From assembly GCA_963709405.1 (NCBI GenBank), contig CAVPXM010000071.1:1-24447 (forward strand): a DNA stretch of 24,447 nucleotides, in the 5' to 3' direction. Shown here one piece after another: positions 1 through 10,491 of this stretch. This stretch comes from an uncultured Nitrososphaerales archaeon. Lineage in GTDB: Archaea > Thermoproteota > Nitrososphaeria > Nitrososphaerales > Nitrososphaeraceae. Within the stretch, counting starts at the first letter, position 1; each line of letters opens with the position of its first letter. Below the pieces are notes generated by a model. That model was given only the letters and a program-made list of their open reading frames with translations, made no database searches and was not told the origin of the DNA. The translations under genes and the position numbers were made by a program.

Positions 1-484
1 GGAAACTAATCATAGACAGTGTTAGAAGCTTATTCCTTTGTAACATTAACCTCTCTATACGCATCAACTGGAAGTCTATTATCTTCTGAATTCAGATAGT
101 AGATGATTAATAAGCATATTGTAATTATTCATCTTCTGTAAATTTCAACAGTAATAATTCCTTGATGCCTTCCTTTTCATCAGGTGTTAGTGGTAGTTGA
201 TTGTTGTCATATGGAGCTGCTTTCACTAATGACTCTATTTATAAATTCTTCAACTTTCTTGTTATAAAATTTCTCAGACTCATCCAATATTATATTTCTA
301 AAGGTTTCTGCTTGCTTACAATCGGCACCATAATCTGGTGATAGGTAGCATTGCTCATAGTTACTTGGTTGAATATCATGACATCTGTCGTCGTTAACAA
401 TACCTGAACATGACGTGATCTGATTTTGGTGGATTATAACATAACGTAATATAATATAATAAAATAAAGGTTAGTTGGGAAACT

Positions 485-1348
485 ATGGTAGATAGCAATG
501 CCAATAGAATCGCAATAATTACTGGGAGCTCAAGTGGGATAGGATTTGAGACTGCCCTTACACTAGCAAGAAATGGGTTTTGCATTTATGCTACAATGCG
601 TGATTAAGAAATCTACAAGGATTAAAGAAATAACCAATAAAGAAGAACTACCTCTAAAGGTCATTCAGCTTAATGTCGATGACGATTTATCAGCAAAAAA
701 TGTAATACAAGAAATAGTATCTGAAAAACGAAGGATTGACTTACTTATAAATAATGCTGGTTATGGACTAATAGGACCTATTGAAGATATTTCGATTGAA
801 GAGGAGCTAAAACCACAGTTTGAAACTAATTTGTATGGAGTTGTAAGAGTTATGGAGCAAGTATTACCTATAATGAGGAGGCAAAAGAGCGGTAGAATAA
901 TAAATGTAAGTTCTATAGGAGGTATAGCAGGATACCCCTTTAGCGAGCCTACTGTAGCACCAAGTTCGCACTTGAAGGATTATCTGAATCATTAAGTTAT
1001 GAAGTAGAGCAATTTGGCATAAAAATCATACTTATAGAACCTGCTCTAGTAATTTCTGATTTTCACAATAATGTAAAGATGGTTGGAAAAAGGAGCCTCT
1101 AATCGTGATTCACCATATAAACAAATGATGCAGAAACTGTTCGAAGAATATAGACAAGTTCAAGAACAATATCAGATTCCTGGAAAAGAAGTTGCAAAAG
1201 TAATACTTAATGCAGACATCTTAGATAATCGTAATCAAAGATATATTGTAGGTAAATATGGTGAAATTATTAGACAGAAGCAAAAATGACTATGTCAGAC
1301 GTACAATATCATAACATGATGAAGAAGCAGTTATTTGGTAGTAAATAG
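485..1348 (+). pseudogene. Short-chain dehydrogenase/reductase (SDR), frameshifted
   Basis: ATG at 485 gives MVDSNANRIAIITGSSSGIG (TGxxxGIG). NNAGYG lies in ORF 573-995, and the catalytic YCSTK is in another frame at ~950. Continues EPALVISDF to ...KKQLFGSK* at 1348. About four frameshifts (~603, ~945, ~1090, ~1270). Confidence 0.9.
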
Positions 1349-1460
1349 GACGGCTATCTGTTTTATTTTGTCTCCAATAATGAAGGCAGTTTAATCAGTC
1401 TGACCAATATTTCGAATTCTAACCTAGTTGACGTGTATTCTCTTTTTTATAAGGATCATC

Positions 1461-1756
1461 ATGAATAAACTTGTAATGATTACTGCAACAATAGCGATAG
1501 TAATGTCATTAATCTATGTCTATATTTTAACCGTATTTGCGGCATCAGGATCAGATTTTAAGAAAGGGTTCAAGATAGGAAAACATGACGGATTAATACG
1601 TGATGGAGTAGTTGGAGAGAACTCCACCACTCTAAAGGAGAAGGTAAAAGTCTGGAATGGAATGATGGATATTTTCATGGTTTCCTAATAGGATCTGAAC
1701 AGTCAGGACGTAGTGAAGAAAATTGTAATGTTCAGGCTGATGCAGATACTCCATAG
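1461..1756 (+). pseudogene. Small secreted/membrane-anchored hypothetical protein, probably frameshifted
   Basis: Signal-like N-terminus MNKLVMITATIAIVMSLIYVYILTVFA, then DFKKGFKIGKHDG. After ~1620 another frame continues KSLEWNDGYFHGFLIG...NCNVQADADTP*. Confidence 0.5.
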
Positions 1757-2216
1757 TCTACTTGAGCGGTGATTGTTGTTCTTGTTTAGGCGCTAACTGT
1801 TTTATTTTCTCATTTCTTTTTTGTGACACACTAGCTAGATACTATTGAATAAATCAATGGGTAAGATCCTCATTGAGCCATTATTTACATTAGTAAACTA
1901 TTCTATCTTTTATCATGATATTTCTAGATGATAACGTTCTTTATTTGCTAATGCATTCTCAACTTCGACTCAACTCCAAAACATATGGTCTTACGGCATC
2001 AATATGCTGTGCTGTTATCAACATGTTATGGTCACGGACAATATGGGTCCTACATTAATGTTTTTATAAACATGCATGATGTCTTTATAACACTTAATAA
2101 GTGGAAAAAGATTTTTTCTTTGAAGACAATTAAATAAAAATAGAGAATGTGAAAAAGTAAAGAACTAGAATAAAAATTATTTTTGCTCTTTTTATTACTT
2201 TCTATGCGTAATCTAA

Positions 2217-3329
2217 CTATGGTTTGGCCTCGTAAACTATGTTTAGTGGTGTCTCAAGTACTCTTTTGAAGTGAGAAAAGCTACTCTTCATTACTACATC
2301 TTTTATTCTGTTTTCTCCTGCTTGTGCTCCCAGTGCAGGCCCATTAAAAGCTAATGAATTGGGAACGCATATTAGCGTAGAGGGAGCGTAAAATGTACTT
2401 GCTACTGGATTTACATTATTCTCTAATTCATTTTGTGCAAATGGTTCTACAATCATGCAAGTGCCACTATTATTACTACTATTGCCACCACCATCATCTT
2501 TCTTGATAACGTTTCTTGATGAGTCAATGCTCCTTCTACTATTTCCCATATCATGCAGGCAGTCAAAAAATGTTACAAGGTCATAATCACTTCCTGGAAA
2601 TTCTGAAGCTGATGATACTTCAAATTTTACATTGTCTAGTTTCTCTTTTTTTGCAGATTCCTTTGCTTTTTCAATTGATTCTTTGTGAAAATCAAATCCT
2701 GTAAAGGTAGAATTTGGATATGTTTTTGCCATCATTAAAGTAGTGATACCAAAACCACAGCCAACATCTGCCACTTTAGCACCTTTTTTTAGTTTTTCAA
2801 GAACATTTCCATTATCTACTGTCGGAATCCATGAATTAATCAAGTTACCGATGTAACCGGATTTGAAGAATTCAGCAAAGCCTTCTGCCATGGAAGGATT
2901 ATGATCCATCCACGAAAGTGTTCTTTCTCCTCTAAACATCTTTAAGAATTCCTCTTCATCTTTAAAGTATGACTTTATAGCTTTGAAAATACCTTGCAGA
3001 TATATTGGACTATTTTCATCAGCTAATGCTAATGCGTGTTCTGGGGGTAATCTGTATTTTCTGTCGTGACAGGATTTACTCTATATATCCACTTGCCACC
3101 TGATTTGCTAACCATTCTCTCACCAATCTTTCAACAGTTCCAGTTTTATCAGCAAGTGCTTTGACTGAGACTGGGCTGTTTGCTTGTGCCATAGCTCTAT
3201 ACAAGCCAAGTCTTTCTCCAATAATTACAAGCATGGCTGTAGAGTCCGCCTGCTATATCTCCTACTGCTTTATTCATGAATTGTTGGATTCTGTTTTGAT
3301 TGAATAGTATTTTGGGTTTGTTGACTCAT
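2217..3329 (-). pseudogene. Class I SAM-dependent methyltransferase with N-terminal winged helix (Rv2258c-like), disrupted
   Basis: VADVGCGFG, FDCLHDMG and CVPNSLA...LGAQAGE motifs in ORF 2217-2939. Upstream frames give IIGERLGLYRAM...VREWLANQVASGYIE. Start ATG at 3329; frameshifts at ~3070-3080, ~3250 and ~3295. Confidence 0.88.
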
Positions 3330-3778
3330 TTCAAGGACGTATCCTGGTAATATTATTTAAGATATTGTAAAAGGACCATCTTTATGAATCATAATATTAT
3401 AGGCTCCTTGCATACTTCAAAATGCAAAATATAGTACGTGTGTGAACCTAACATATCTTGATTCCAATTTTTCAAATAATTCCTTCCCTGCATCAGAAGA
3501 CATTTCTACTTCACACAGAACGCCTTACAGTTCGGATTTACGGCATTGTGATCACTGTTGTCTGAATTAGAATCAGCTTGTGGTGAATCTTGCCTCTGGT
3601 TCAGCAACTGATTGACTGTATTAGTCTTCGCTGTCGTAAAGCTATAAACGTTAACAAACCATTCGAGCTATTCTTGGACTCGAATAATGAAAGAAGATAC
3701 CAAATATCTATTTGCCGGTCCGGTAGCCGATTAAAGATACAGAATGTTTATTCAACACCATTTACAGTTTATTTGTTA

Positions 3779-4344
3779 ATGAATAGCACTAAGCTTAATG
3801 GGTAAGCATGCAGTAGCTTGGTAGTCTAATGAATACTTTGATGGAGAAGCCGGCTATCTCAAAAGCAACATTTTTCGTGAAGACAGAATGGAATAGTATG
3901 GAAGGTGGATTTTGTGTTAGATGTATCAATCAAGGACTTTGAAATTGGTGGCCAATCGATCCAAAGAAATAATACTTATACGATGGTCTTTGATTTCCCT
4001 CCAGAATTCTCGGGAGAAGGCAAAGGTCCCACAGTATGTGAAGCCTGTATGTCTAGCCTTAGGTGCATGCATAACACAAACAATTGTTGCACATGCCACC
4101 GCAAGAGGAATAAACTTAGATGGCATAATTATAAACCTTGAAGGTGATGTTGATCTTCGAGGTTTTACCGGTATCTCGAGTGAAGTAAGACCTGGTGCGC
4201 AGGGATTTAAGGCGGACATTAACATTAAATAGGTAGCTCTGCTTCTAAACAACAAATAAATGAGTTATATGAAATGGAAAGTTGTCCCCAGCATTTGACA
4301 CGTTGACAAATGGCACTTCAGTGATTGCTGTGAACTCTTCTTAA
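3779..4344 (+). pseudogene. OsmC/Ohr-like protein, multiply disrupted
   Basis: Pieces in different frames: MNSTKLNG..., KATFFVKTEW, DFPPEFSGEGKGPTVCE, LGACITQTIVAHATARGINL...LEGDVDLRGFTGIS..VRPG, SPAFDTLTNGTSV. Several frameshifts and an in-frame TAG at ~3816. Confidence 0.85.
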
Positions 4345-4778
4345 TGCTTTTGATGCGATGTTATCGCGTACCGGATGTCAAGGATACCCCTACCGAAACA
4401 GGTTCATCTTTCTCAAAGGTATATTGCCAAATTCATTAGTCCGGTTAAGACCAAATCTCATTCAACTGCTTCGATTCATGATCTAATAATCCTTGACTAT
4501 CGAGTCAATCTGTTATGTATCAGGCGAAAGCCGTGTTCCAGAATTTGGGATATCATTATTTACAAGTAAACAATCCGGTTGGAAAGTATCCGGTACGACG
4601 ATAGCACAAACTTTTCGGAAGGAACAGAAAAGGAAGTATCTAAAAAAGAACAATTCGAGGAACAGACAACCAAAAGCCAAACTACCAATTCCTTTCTCTA
4701 ATACAAACTACAAAGAAAATGATATCACAGTCCCAAGTAAGTAGACCCGATACTCTACGCATTGTTGGATTTTTTCCT

Positions 4779-5025
4779 TTATACAACCAGTAATACACTT
4801 TTTGATATTATGTACAAAGCTACAACTATCAAAAGAAATGCAAATACAACAGACAAAGTCTTTTTAGGTAATTTTGAAGCAAATCTTGTTCCAAGCATTC
4901 CTCCAAAAATTCCTCCAACGATGAAAAGTAAAGCAATGACCCATTCAATCTGATTGTTAAATGAATATCTTATAGCGGTAGAGAATCCAAACATGCTTAC
5001 TGGAATAAGTGAAGTTCCTATGGCA
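4779..5025 (-). pseudogene. Sulfite exporter TauE/SafE family, C-terminal fragment only
   Basis: AIGTSLIPVSMFGFSTAIRYS...GGIFGGMLGTRFASKLPKKTLSVVFAFLLIVVALYII is a typical TauE second half. The N-terminal half is absent and replaced by integrase sequence. Confidence 0.85.
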
Positions 5026-5029
5026 CTAA

Positions 5030-5365
5030 AAGGAGGCTGTACGCTAGAAGAGAGATGTAAATATTTTGCCAAGCTAGGCAAAAACAATCCTAGCTGGGCT
5101 TTTTCAAATATCCTTCGGTACGTTCAGTCGGAAAAAAATAGGGTAGAGAAAAAGCAGATGACAGGAGGTACCATTAGAAATACTATCAAGACCATCAAGA
5201 TGTTTTGCGAAACAAGCGACGTATCCGTTCCTTGGAAGAACATTAGTCGTGGGCTACCTAAAGGAAGAAGATACGCAGACGACCGTGCCCCCACAATCGA
5301 AGAGATAAGACGGATTCTAAGATCCCCTGATAGGAGAATTAAGCCTGATCGTCCTTACCGTTTCT
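5030..5365 (+). mobile_element. Fragment of a Nitrososphaera-type tyrosine recombinase/integrase (N-terminal/core-binding part)
   Basis: TLEERCKYF...TIRNTIKTIKMFCE..DV.VPWKNISRGLPKGRRYADDRAPTIEEIRRIL..PDRRIKP, then IVLTV after a frameshift. Lacks a start and the catalytic R-H-R-Y region. Confidence 0.8.
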
Positions 5366-5481
5366 CTTGTCGATTCAGAAGGGATTTAACATCAAAAGGA
5401 AATTTAACTAGTGGAAGGGATTCCAATTGATTATGAAGCAAACCACTTTTCAGATGACAATTCTTTAATTGCACTCATTAG

Positions 5482-5911
5482 TTATTGTATTTCACTAATA
5501 TGTGTAAACATCTTTATTTTATCTTTCAAGGAATTGTTCACCAGCAACTTCTTGGGTATACAGGATTGAACCGTCCAGGATTATAATAGAACCAAATTTC
5601 ATCAAAGTCTTTTAATTTTGTGTTAGAGCAATCTGGTACTAAGACATTGAATTCTTCATCTGTTACTTTGTTAGGATTCCTTTGCATACCATTTGTGTTC
5701 AATATCAGAGAACCAAATGCCATATTATGTCTGAAAATATAGCCCAATTTGCTTTAGCATTTTTACACTTGTTCATAAAGTGCTGTGTCACAGTTGCAAT
5801 ATACAGTCGATCAGGAGTAACTCGAATATTTTTTTCTTTAAATGAGCTATTCTTCTTAGCAGAGCAATGCGTTAGGAATATTCTTTTTATCTTGTTATTC
5901 TCTGAAGACAA
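5482..5911 (-). pseudogene. DUF6884-like hypothetical protein, frameshifted
   Basis: IFLTHCSAKK...TPDRLY...F...W AIFSD then (other frame) YGIWF, IWFYYNPGRF, ...KIKMFTHISEIQ*. The CSxKK/PxxLY/WxIxSxxYG pattern recalls DUF6884; the family call is from memory. Confidence 0.5.
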
Positions 5912-5977
5912 TACTTACTCCTTTTTATGCCCTACTATTCTGAACATCAGGAAATGCTCTTTAGAAATCTACATCTA

Positions 5978-6884
5978 TTAGCTTTTTTCATATGCTTGTT
6001 TTATGAAATGCAATACATATGGAATTTCATTTCTATCGAACTTGCTATTTCTATCATCTTACCACTGAATCTAGCATAATCTGTTGCTTTCTTTGAAGGG
6101 TCACTAATTTGATTTATCCCTATATTAAGGTGTACGCTAAACTTTGACCTGAAAAGACGAAATGACACAAAATTCTGCTTACGATGAAAAGCAATATAGT
6201 GTTTCCTAGGTCTTATTTCTATATCTTTACCTAGATTGAGAATAGGGAGCTTTCAATTCCGAGTAAATCTCGTTCATAGTATCATCAACCGACTTTAGAT
6301 GATCGTCTTCCTTGTAGACCTTAATCTCTTCTGTTAGCCTTCTGACAACAGGATTCTTTTTGGCTATATGTGCGATAGGTTCTTTACTAGAAGGAGGTTT
6401 TACCTCATTGAATACCAATATACCATTGCTGTATTTGTGAACTTCCCATAACTGAATTCCAGATACTTGAACCCATAGCATGCTGCTGATACTTTGTAAA
6501 TTCTGGTGAGATGAAGATTATTCTTGACTGTGACCAATCTATCTCTTCGCGTTTTAGACTATGAGATGAATGAGACCTTTCATTATACTCCAGTATAAAA
6601 TCAGCCTTATTGTTCAGCATAAGATTAAGATACGCCATACCTTGGTCTACTACTGAGAAATTTCTGTCCTTCTTGTACTCTATTATGACAAAAGCTTTGG
6701 ATTCATTGTCAAATGCAAGGGTATCTACCCTCAAGCCATGCAGTTCAAATTCAGATTTCACAAAATCTAGTTCAAATAGATCATGCAAATTTTGTTCGGT
6801 TAACCGCTGGATTTCACTCTCTAATGGAAATTGCTGCTCTGTTGCTTCAGTAAGCCCAGTTTCATTTACAGAGAAAATCCGCAA
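5978..6884 (-). pseudogene. PD-(D/E)xK (NucS-like) nuclease domain + DUF5655 protein (COG3586-like), frameshifted
   Basis: LESEIQ...RVDTLAFD...IIEYKK...VVDQG.AY...[18 protein letters not shown], then [30 protein letters not shown], ...FIKQAYEKS*. Frameshifts at ~6470, ~6245 and ~6040. Confidence 0.8.
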
Positions 6885-7154
6885 TACTGTGTATCCTTCT
6901 ATGTAGTCTATCTGCCCATGACTGAGAATTCGAAATAAATTATTTATTATTTTCTAATCTCTTAATAATAATATTGCATCTGATCATAGTCTGTTACCAG
7001 GAGGTTACTATCCAACTTATATATATTTAGAATACTCTGCATTATGGTCGTGCAGGCTTTTATATGATACAAGACTTGAAAATAAAAAGATCAAGCGTTG
7101 TTTACTAGCAATAGGTTTATGTCTACTTATATTCATTCATAAAAATAAAATAGC

Positions 7155-7319
7155 TCATTTAAGCTCAAACGTATTAAGCATCTTAATTACATCAGGTAAA
7201 TAAGCTGGATATTTATTAGTATTTGCACTAAATACAAAGAAATAAGCTGCCCCATTATTTACTGTGATTATTTCCATAGTCTTCCTATGACCTATCACTT
7301 GAGCTCCACTATTAGGAGA
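7155..7319 (-). pseudogene. C-terminal fragment of a PsbP-related protein, fused in frame to the moaA fragment
   Basis: KTMEIITVNNGAAYFFVFSANTNKYPAYLPDVIKMLNTFELK matches the C-terminal pattern of PsbP/Mog1-like proteins common in Nitrososphaeraceae. Confidence 0.7.
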
Positions 7320-7400
7320 AGTAACAGAAATTCTTAGTTTTCTGCCAATCCTTCCGAAACCATCAACTAGCTCGTTTTGATATTGTACAGCGGTCTTCAA
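7320..7400 (-). pseudogene. moaA: GTP 3',8-cyclase MoaA, N-terminal 27 codons only
   Basis: LVDGFGRIGRKLRISVT is the canonical MoaA N-terminus (LxDxFGRxxxxLRISVTDRC). It stops just before the radical-SAM CxxxCxxC motif and lies 30 bp downstream of a MOSC gene. Confidence 0.8.
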
Positions 7401-7430
7401 TTAATTCACATATTCCAATATATTCATTAT

Positions 7431-8090
7431 CTACTTTCCAAGTTGAGCAATCTGCTGCCGGAAATGATCTCTCCATCCTTCTGGCAATGCTTTGATTCTT
7501 ATAGCACGCCGCATAGTTTCAACATCTTCCTTATCATCCACATATAACCGTACGATATCTTTAACCGTAACATTGTTTTTGTCTCGTTTTACAAGTTGTA
7601 TTTCATCTGTAGCTCCAATCTCTCCTTCCCGTAATACCTTAAAGTAAATTCCAGGCCGACCACTAGCCAGAAACCTCCTAATAATGTCCATTCGTCCAAA
7701 TTTAACTCCAAGCTTGTAGCATGGCATTCTTGGTTGAGTAGCTATTACTTTGGCTAAACCACTACTACCAATTTGAAATTGATCACCGATGTTAACCGCA
7801 TCTTCCATTAAGCCTTGAGTAGTAAGATTTTCACCAAACATTCCATAAGGTAATGTTGCTGTACCGGGTAATTCACGTAGCCAATAGTCGTAGTGTTCCG
7901 AAGGATAAGCGTATATTGCCTTATCTGGGCCTCCGTGTACAGTTAAATCAGCCTGTTTATCACCATCCAGATTAAGCTTTCGTAATCTAACCGGACCTTC
8001 TACTGGTTCCTTAAAAATTCCTGTGGTAACGACTTCGCCCCTGAAAAACACCTCGCGTGGAAGTCCTACATTGACAGAAAGGATTTTCAT
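7431..8090 (-). CDS. MOSC domain protein with C-terminal 3-alpha domain (YiiM-like, Moco-dependent)
   Basis: Intact 219-aa ORF with TGIFKEPV, GDKQADLTVHGGPDKA, FGENLT, TQPRMPCYKL (catalytic Cys) and GIYFKVLREG. Confidence 0.93.
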   Translation of the reverse strand: MKILSVNVGLPREVFFRGEVVTTGIFKEPVEGPVRLRKLNLDGDKQADLTVHGGPDKAIYAYPSEHYDYWLRELPGTATLPYGMFGENLTTQGLMEDAVNIGDQFQIGSSGLAKVIATQPRMPCYKLGVKFGRMDIIRRFLASGRPGIYFKVLREGEIGATDEIQLVKRDKNNVTVKDIVRLYVDDKEDVETMRRAIRIKALPEGWRDHFRQQIAQLGK

Positions 8091-8291
8091 TATTATACAT
8101 ATACACTTCCATTATATCAGTTGTTACTTATAAAAGAAATAATAGTATCGCAGAAGTTTGAAAGATAGAGTGAATAAAAACACAAATTACGCATTTTTTT
8201 AAATGCGCTCAAAGCGGTCCTAAGCGCAAATAGGATACATTGTCAGAAGGATTTTTGTGTATATTTAAGTTTAATAGGGTCCTTTTAATCT

Positions 8292-8507
8292 ATGTGTACG
8301 CATATGTTAACACTTCTATGTCGTGAGACAGGATTGGATTGTGATTATGTTATAAAAGGAGAAACAGAAGAAGAGATTCTGACAAATGGTGCAGAACATG
8401 CTATGAAAGTTCATGGTATGAAAGTGGAAGACATATATCTTGATGGAATTCCTACAAATTTCCTATGCCAAACTATTGGTAAGCTGGCAGATAAAAAAAT
8501 AGATTAA
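8292..8507 (+). CDS. DUF1059 domain small metal-binding protein
   Basis: LLCRETGLDCDYVIKGETEEEILTNGAEHAMKVHG (C-x5-C...H-x4-H). The true start may be the ATG at ~8303. Confidence 0.85.
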   Translation: MCTHMLTLLCRETGLDCDYVIKGETEEEILTNGAEHAMKVHGMKVEDIYLDGIPTNFLCQTIGKLADKKID

Positions 8508-8666
8508 AAACTAGATTGGAAGTAGACAGATATCAGCTAACCATCATTATTACAATTCCCACTCAATTTGAGACACGTGAGTGTGGCTATTTCTACCATC
8601 ATACAGAACTAACTTTAGATTTTACCTTTTTACCCACATGACAATATCAATATTCTCTTTTGTACA

Positions 8667-8882
8667 TCATATGTTCTTGCTTTTCCTTTTTCTTGATTTA
8701 CCAAAATAAACCATTAACCCCAAACAGGCAAAACCAATGAATTCTGGAATTATAAATAGTTTAAACCTCTCATAAGGTGGAGCATAATAATCCACTAAAC
8801 TGGCAATAGGGCCGCCAACTAACCCGCCAAATAATCCCGCCATTATTGTAATAGTTGTTATTCGCTCATTGTTGTTAGCCAC
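8667..8882 (-). CDS. Small two-helix membrane protein, hypothetical
   Basis: Two hydrophobic segments and a basic C-tail. An upstream in-frame ATG at ~8924 is separated by a TAG, so it may be a pseudogene. Confidence 0.45.
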   Translation of the reverse strand: MANNNERITTITIMAGLFGGLVGGPIASLVDYYAPPYERFKLFIIPEFIGFACLGLMVYFGKSRKRKSKNI

Positions 8883-9168
8883 CTTTGGCTATACCCATTC
8901 CAGTGCGTTCCTTATTATCGTCATGTCACCTTTGCTGTAGTGATATTTCCTATTTGGTGCGTAATATGGCTAACTCAAGTGGTATTGAGAATTAAATACG
9001 GATAAAAGTAACTTTGTATTCCATTTGCTCGACCACTTTTCAGAGTATTTGAAAATTTGTTTATTGGCTAGAGTCCTATCAGTATATCCCACTCTACTCG
9101 TAATGACACGAAAGTATTGTAGCTAAGTATATCCTAGAAAAAGAAATCGCGTACATAAATGTGGTAAT

Positions 9169-9405
9169 GTCGATTCCCGAAATGTCTGCTATACGTGCGA
9201 CGTTTGTGGGACTGCATTTTACAGTAGTGCACTGATGCATACAGTGCTATGATGGGTCATTGAAGTTGTGAGAAAAGGATAGCTAAAGACGTGAGTAAAT
9301 ATTATGTATGTAGGACTTGTAAAGGCCCATTTTTTTGAACTATAACTCGTTAATGAGCATAGAACTACGACCGCTTATCCAGAATTTGAAAGGCAAAGTC
9401 ATTAA
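9169..9405 (+). pseudogene. Degraded tandem C2H2-like zinc-finger microprotein(s)
   Basis: YTCDVCGTAF...H at ~9190 and YYVCRTCKGPFF...VNEHRTTT at ~9300, interrupted by stops and frameshifts. Confidence 0.5.
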
Positions 9406-9600
9406 TAGAAACAGACACGGCCTAACGAAAGTGTATTCAAAGTAACCACGTAGCAGGACAAGAGATCGAAGCCATGAAAAAGAAATTGTGAGAATCGTAT
9501 AATGAGTCTATCCTACTACAATACTAAAATACCTAGCTAAAATACCCAGGATAGAATAGGGGATTAATATAGATAGTAGGTCTTACAGATAACACCCGCG

Positions 9601-9683
9601 CTTACAGTAAGGTACAGGTAAACCCCAATGCTTAAATAAAAATATCGATTCTCGTTTGTCATGAATAAACAAGTTTCAAATCA
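9601..9683 (+). repeat. Promoter/leader cassette copy A (operator palindrome, TATA, first codons)
   Basis: 71/83 nt identical without gaps to 11520-11602. Contains the palindrome CTTACAGTAAG (9601-9611) and TTAAATA (9632-9638) about 23 nt before the ATG. Confidence 0.92.
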
Positions 9684-10077
9684 GCGAAACGACTATTTCA
9701 GAGATGCGTGTAAAGCTGATGAAGTACCTGAGGGTAGTATGAAACATGTAGAAGTTGACGGAAGGGAAATCTTGATTGCCAAGGTTGACGGGAAATTCTA
9801 CGCTATCGCTGATAGGTGTGGGCATATGAACGCTTTACTTTCAATGGGCTACTTGGACGCTGCTAAAAACAAGGTCACATGCGGATTTCATGGGGCTCAG
9901 TTTGATATAACAACTGGGCAAAAATTGAAGGAACCCAGATTGACGCCTCCGGAAGGGATGGATCCACTCCCAGAGAAATTGTCTGAGTTTGTGTACAAAA
10001 TGATGAACCCTATCAGAACCTACGATCAAGAGAGGTATGAGGTAAAAGTTGAGGACAATATGGTCAAGGTAAAGTGA
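9661..10077 (+). CDS. Rieske [2Fe-2S] ferredoxin
   Basis: DRCGHM and VTCGFHGAQFD (C-x-H / C-x2-H Rieske motifs). Intact 138-aa ORF. Confidence 0.92.
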   Translation: MNKQVSNQRNDYFRDACKADEVPEGSMKHVEVDGREILIAKVDGKFYAIADRCGHMNALLSMGYLDAAKNKVTCGFHGAQFDITTGQKLKEPRLTPPEGMDPLPEKLSEFVYKMMNPIRTYDQERYEVKVEDNMVKVK

Positions 10078-10085
10078 AAGTGTAT

Positions 10086-10437
10086 ATGTCTTCAGATATA
10101 ACACAAGAAGCTCATTGATTTCAAAGAAGCTCGTAGTCGCTGACTTTTGGGCTCCATGGTGTCCGTATTGTATGAGATTGAAACCTATATTCGAATCAAT
10201 CGCAAGTAAATATCTAGATATCGAATTCATTAAGGTCAATATAATGAACAAGGAGGGTTAGCATCAAGGTACGGTATACGAGGCATACCTGTAATAAAGT
10301 TCTTCTGTGAAGGCAAAGAAGTAGGTGAGATTGTTGGATATATACCTCAGAAGGAATTAGAGGAAAAGATTAGTGAAATAAGTAGCGAAGTTCCTACCTG
10401 CTTGGTGAATACTTCGCTAAAGAGAAACGCAAGATGA
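10086..10437 (+). pseudogene. Thioredoxin (WCPYC), frameshifted
   Basis: VVADFWAPWCPYCMRLKPIFE, then after a frameshift at ~10240 LASRYGIRGIPVIKFFCEGKEVGEIVGY. The N-terminus is also out of frame. Starts 8 bp after the Rieske stop. Confidence 0.88.
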
Positions 10438-10491
10438 AAATCACCTAACAAAAGAAAGTAAAAAACATGGAAAAGAAAGGATCTGATCGTT

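Noticed and set aside
126-445. Startless minus-strand open stretch (ITSCSGIVNDDRCHD...KELLLLKFTEDE*)
   Set aside because: Looks like a gene remnant, but it has no start codon, needs a frameshift and cannot be assigned to a family.
4375-4744. ORFs 4375-4569 and 4493-4744, and similarly 3590-3805, 13475-13657, 16234-16598 and 20427-20702
   Set aside because: No recognisable family or convincing coding signal. They may be unrecognised remnants but cannot be supported by eye.
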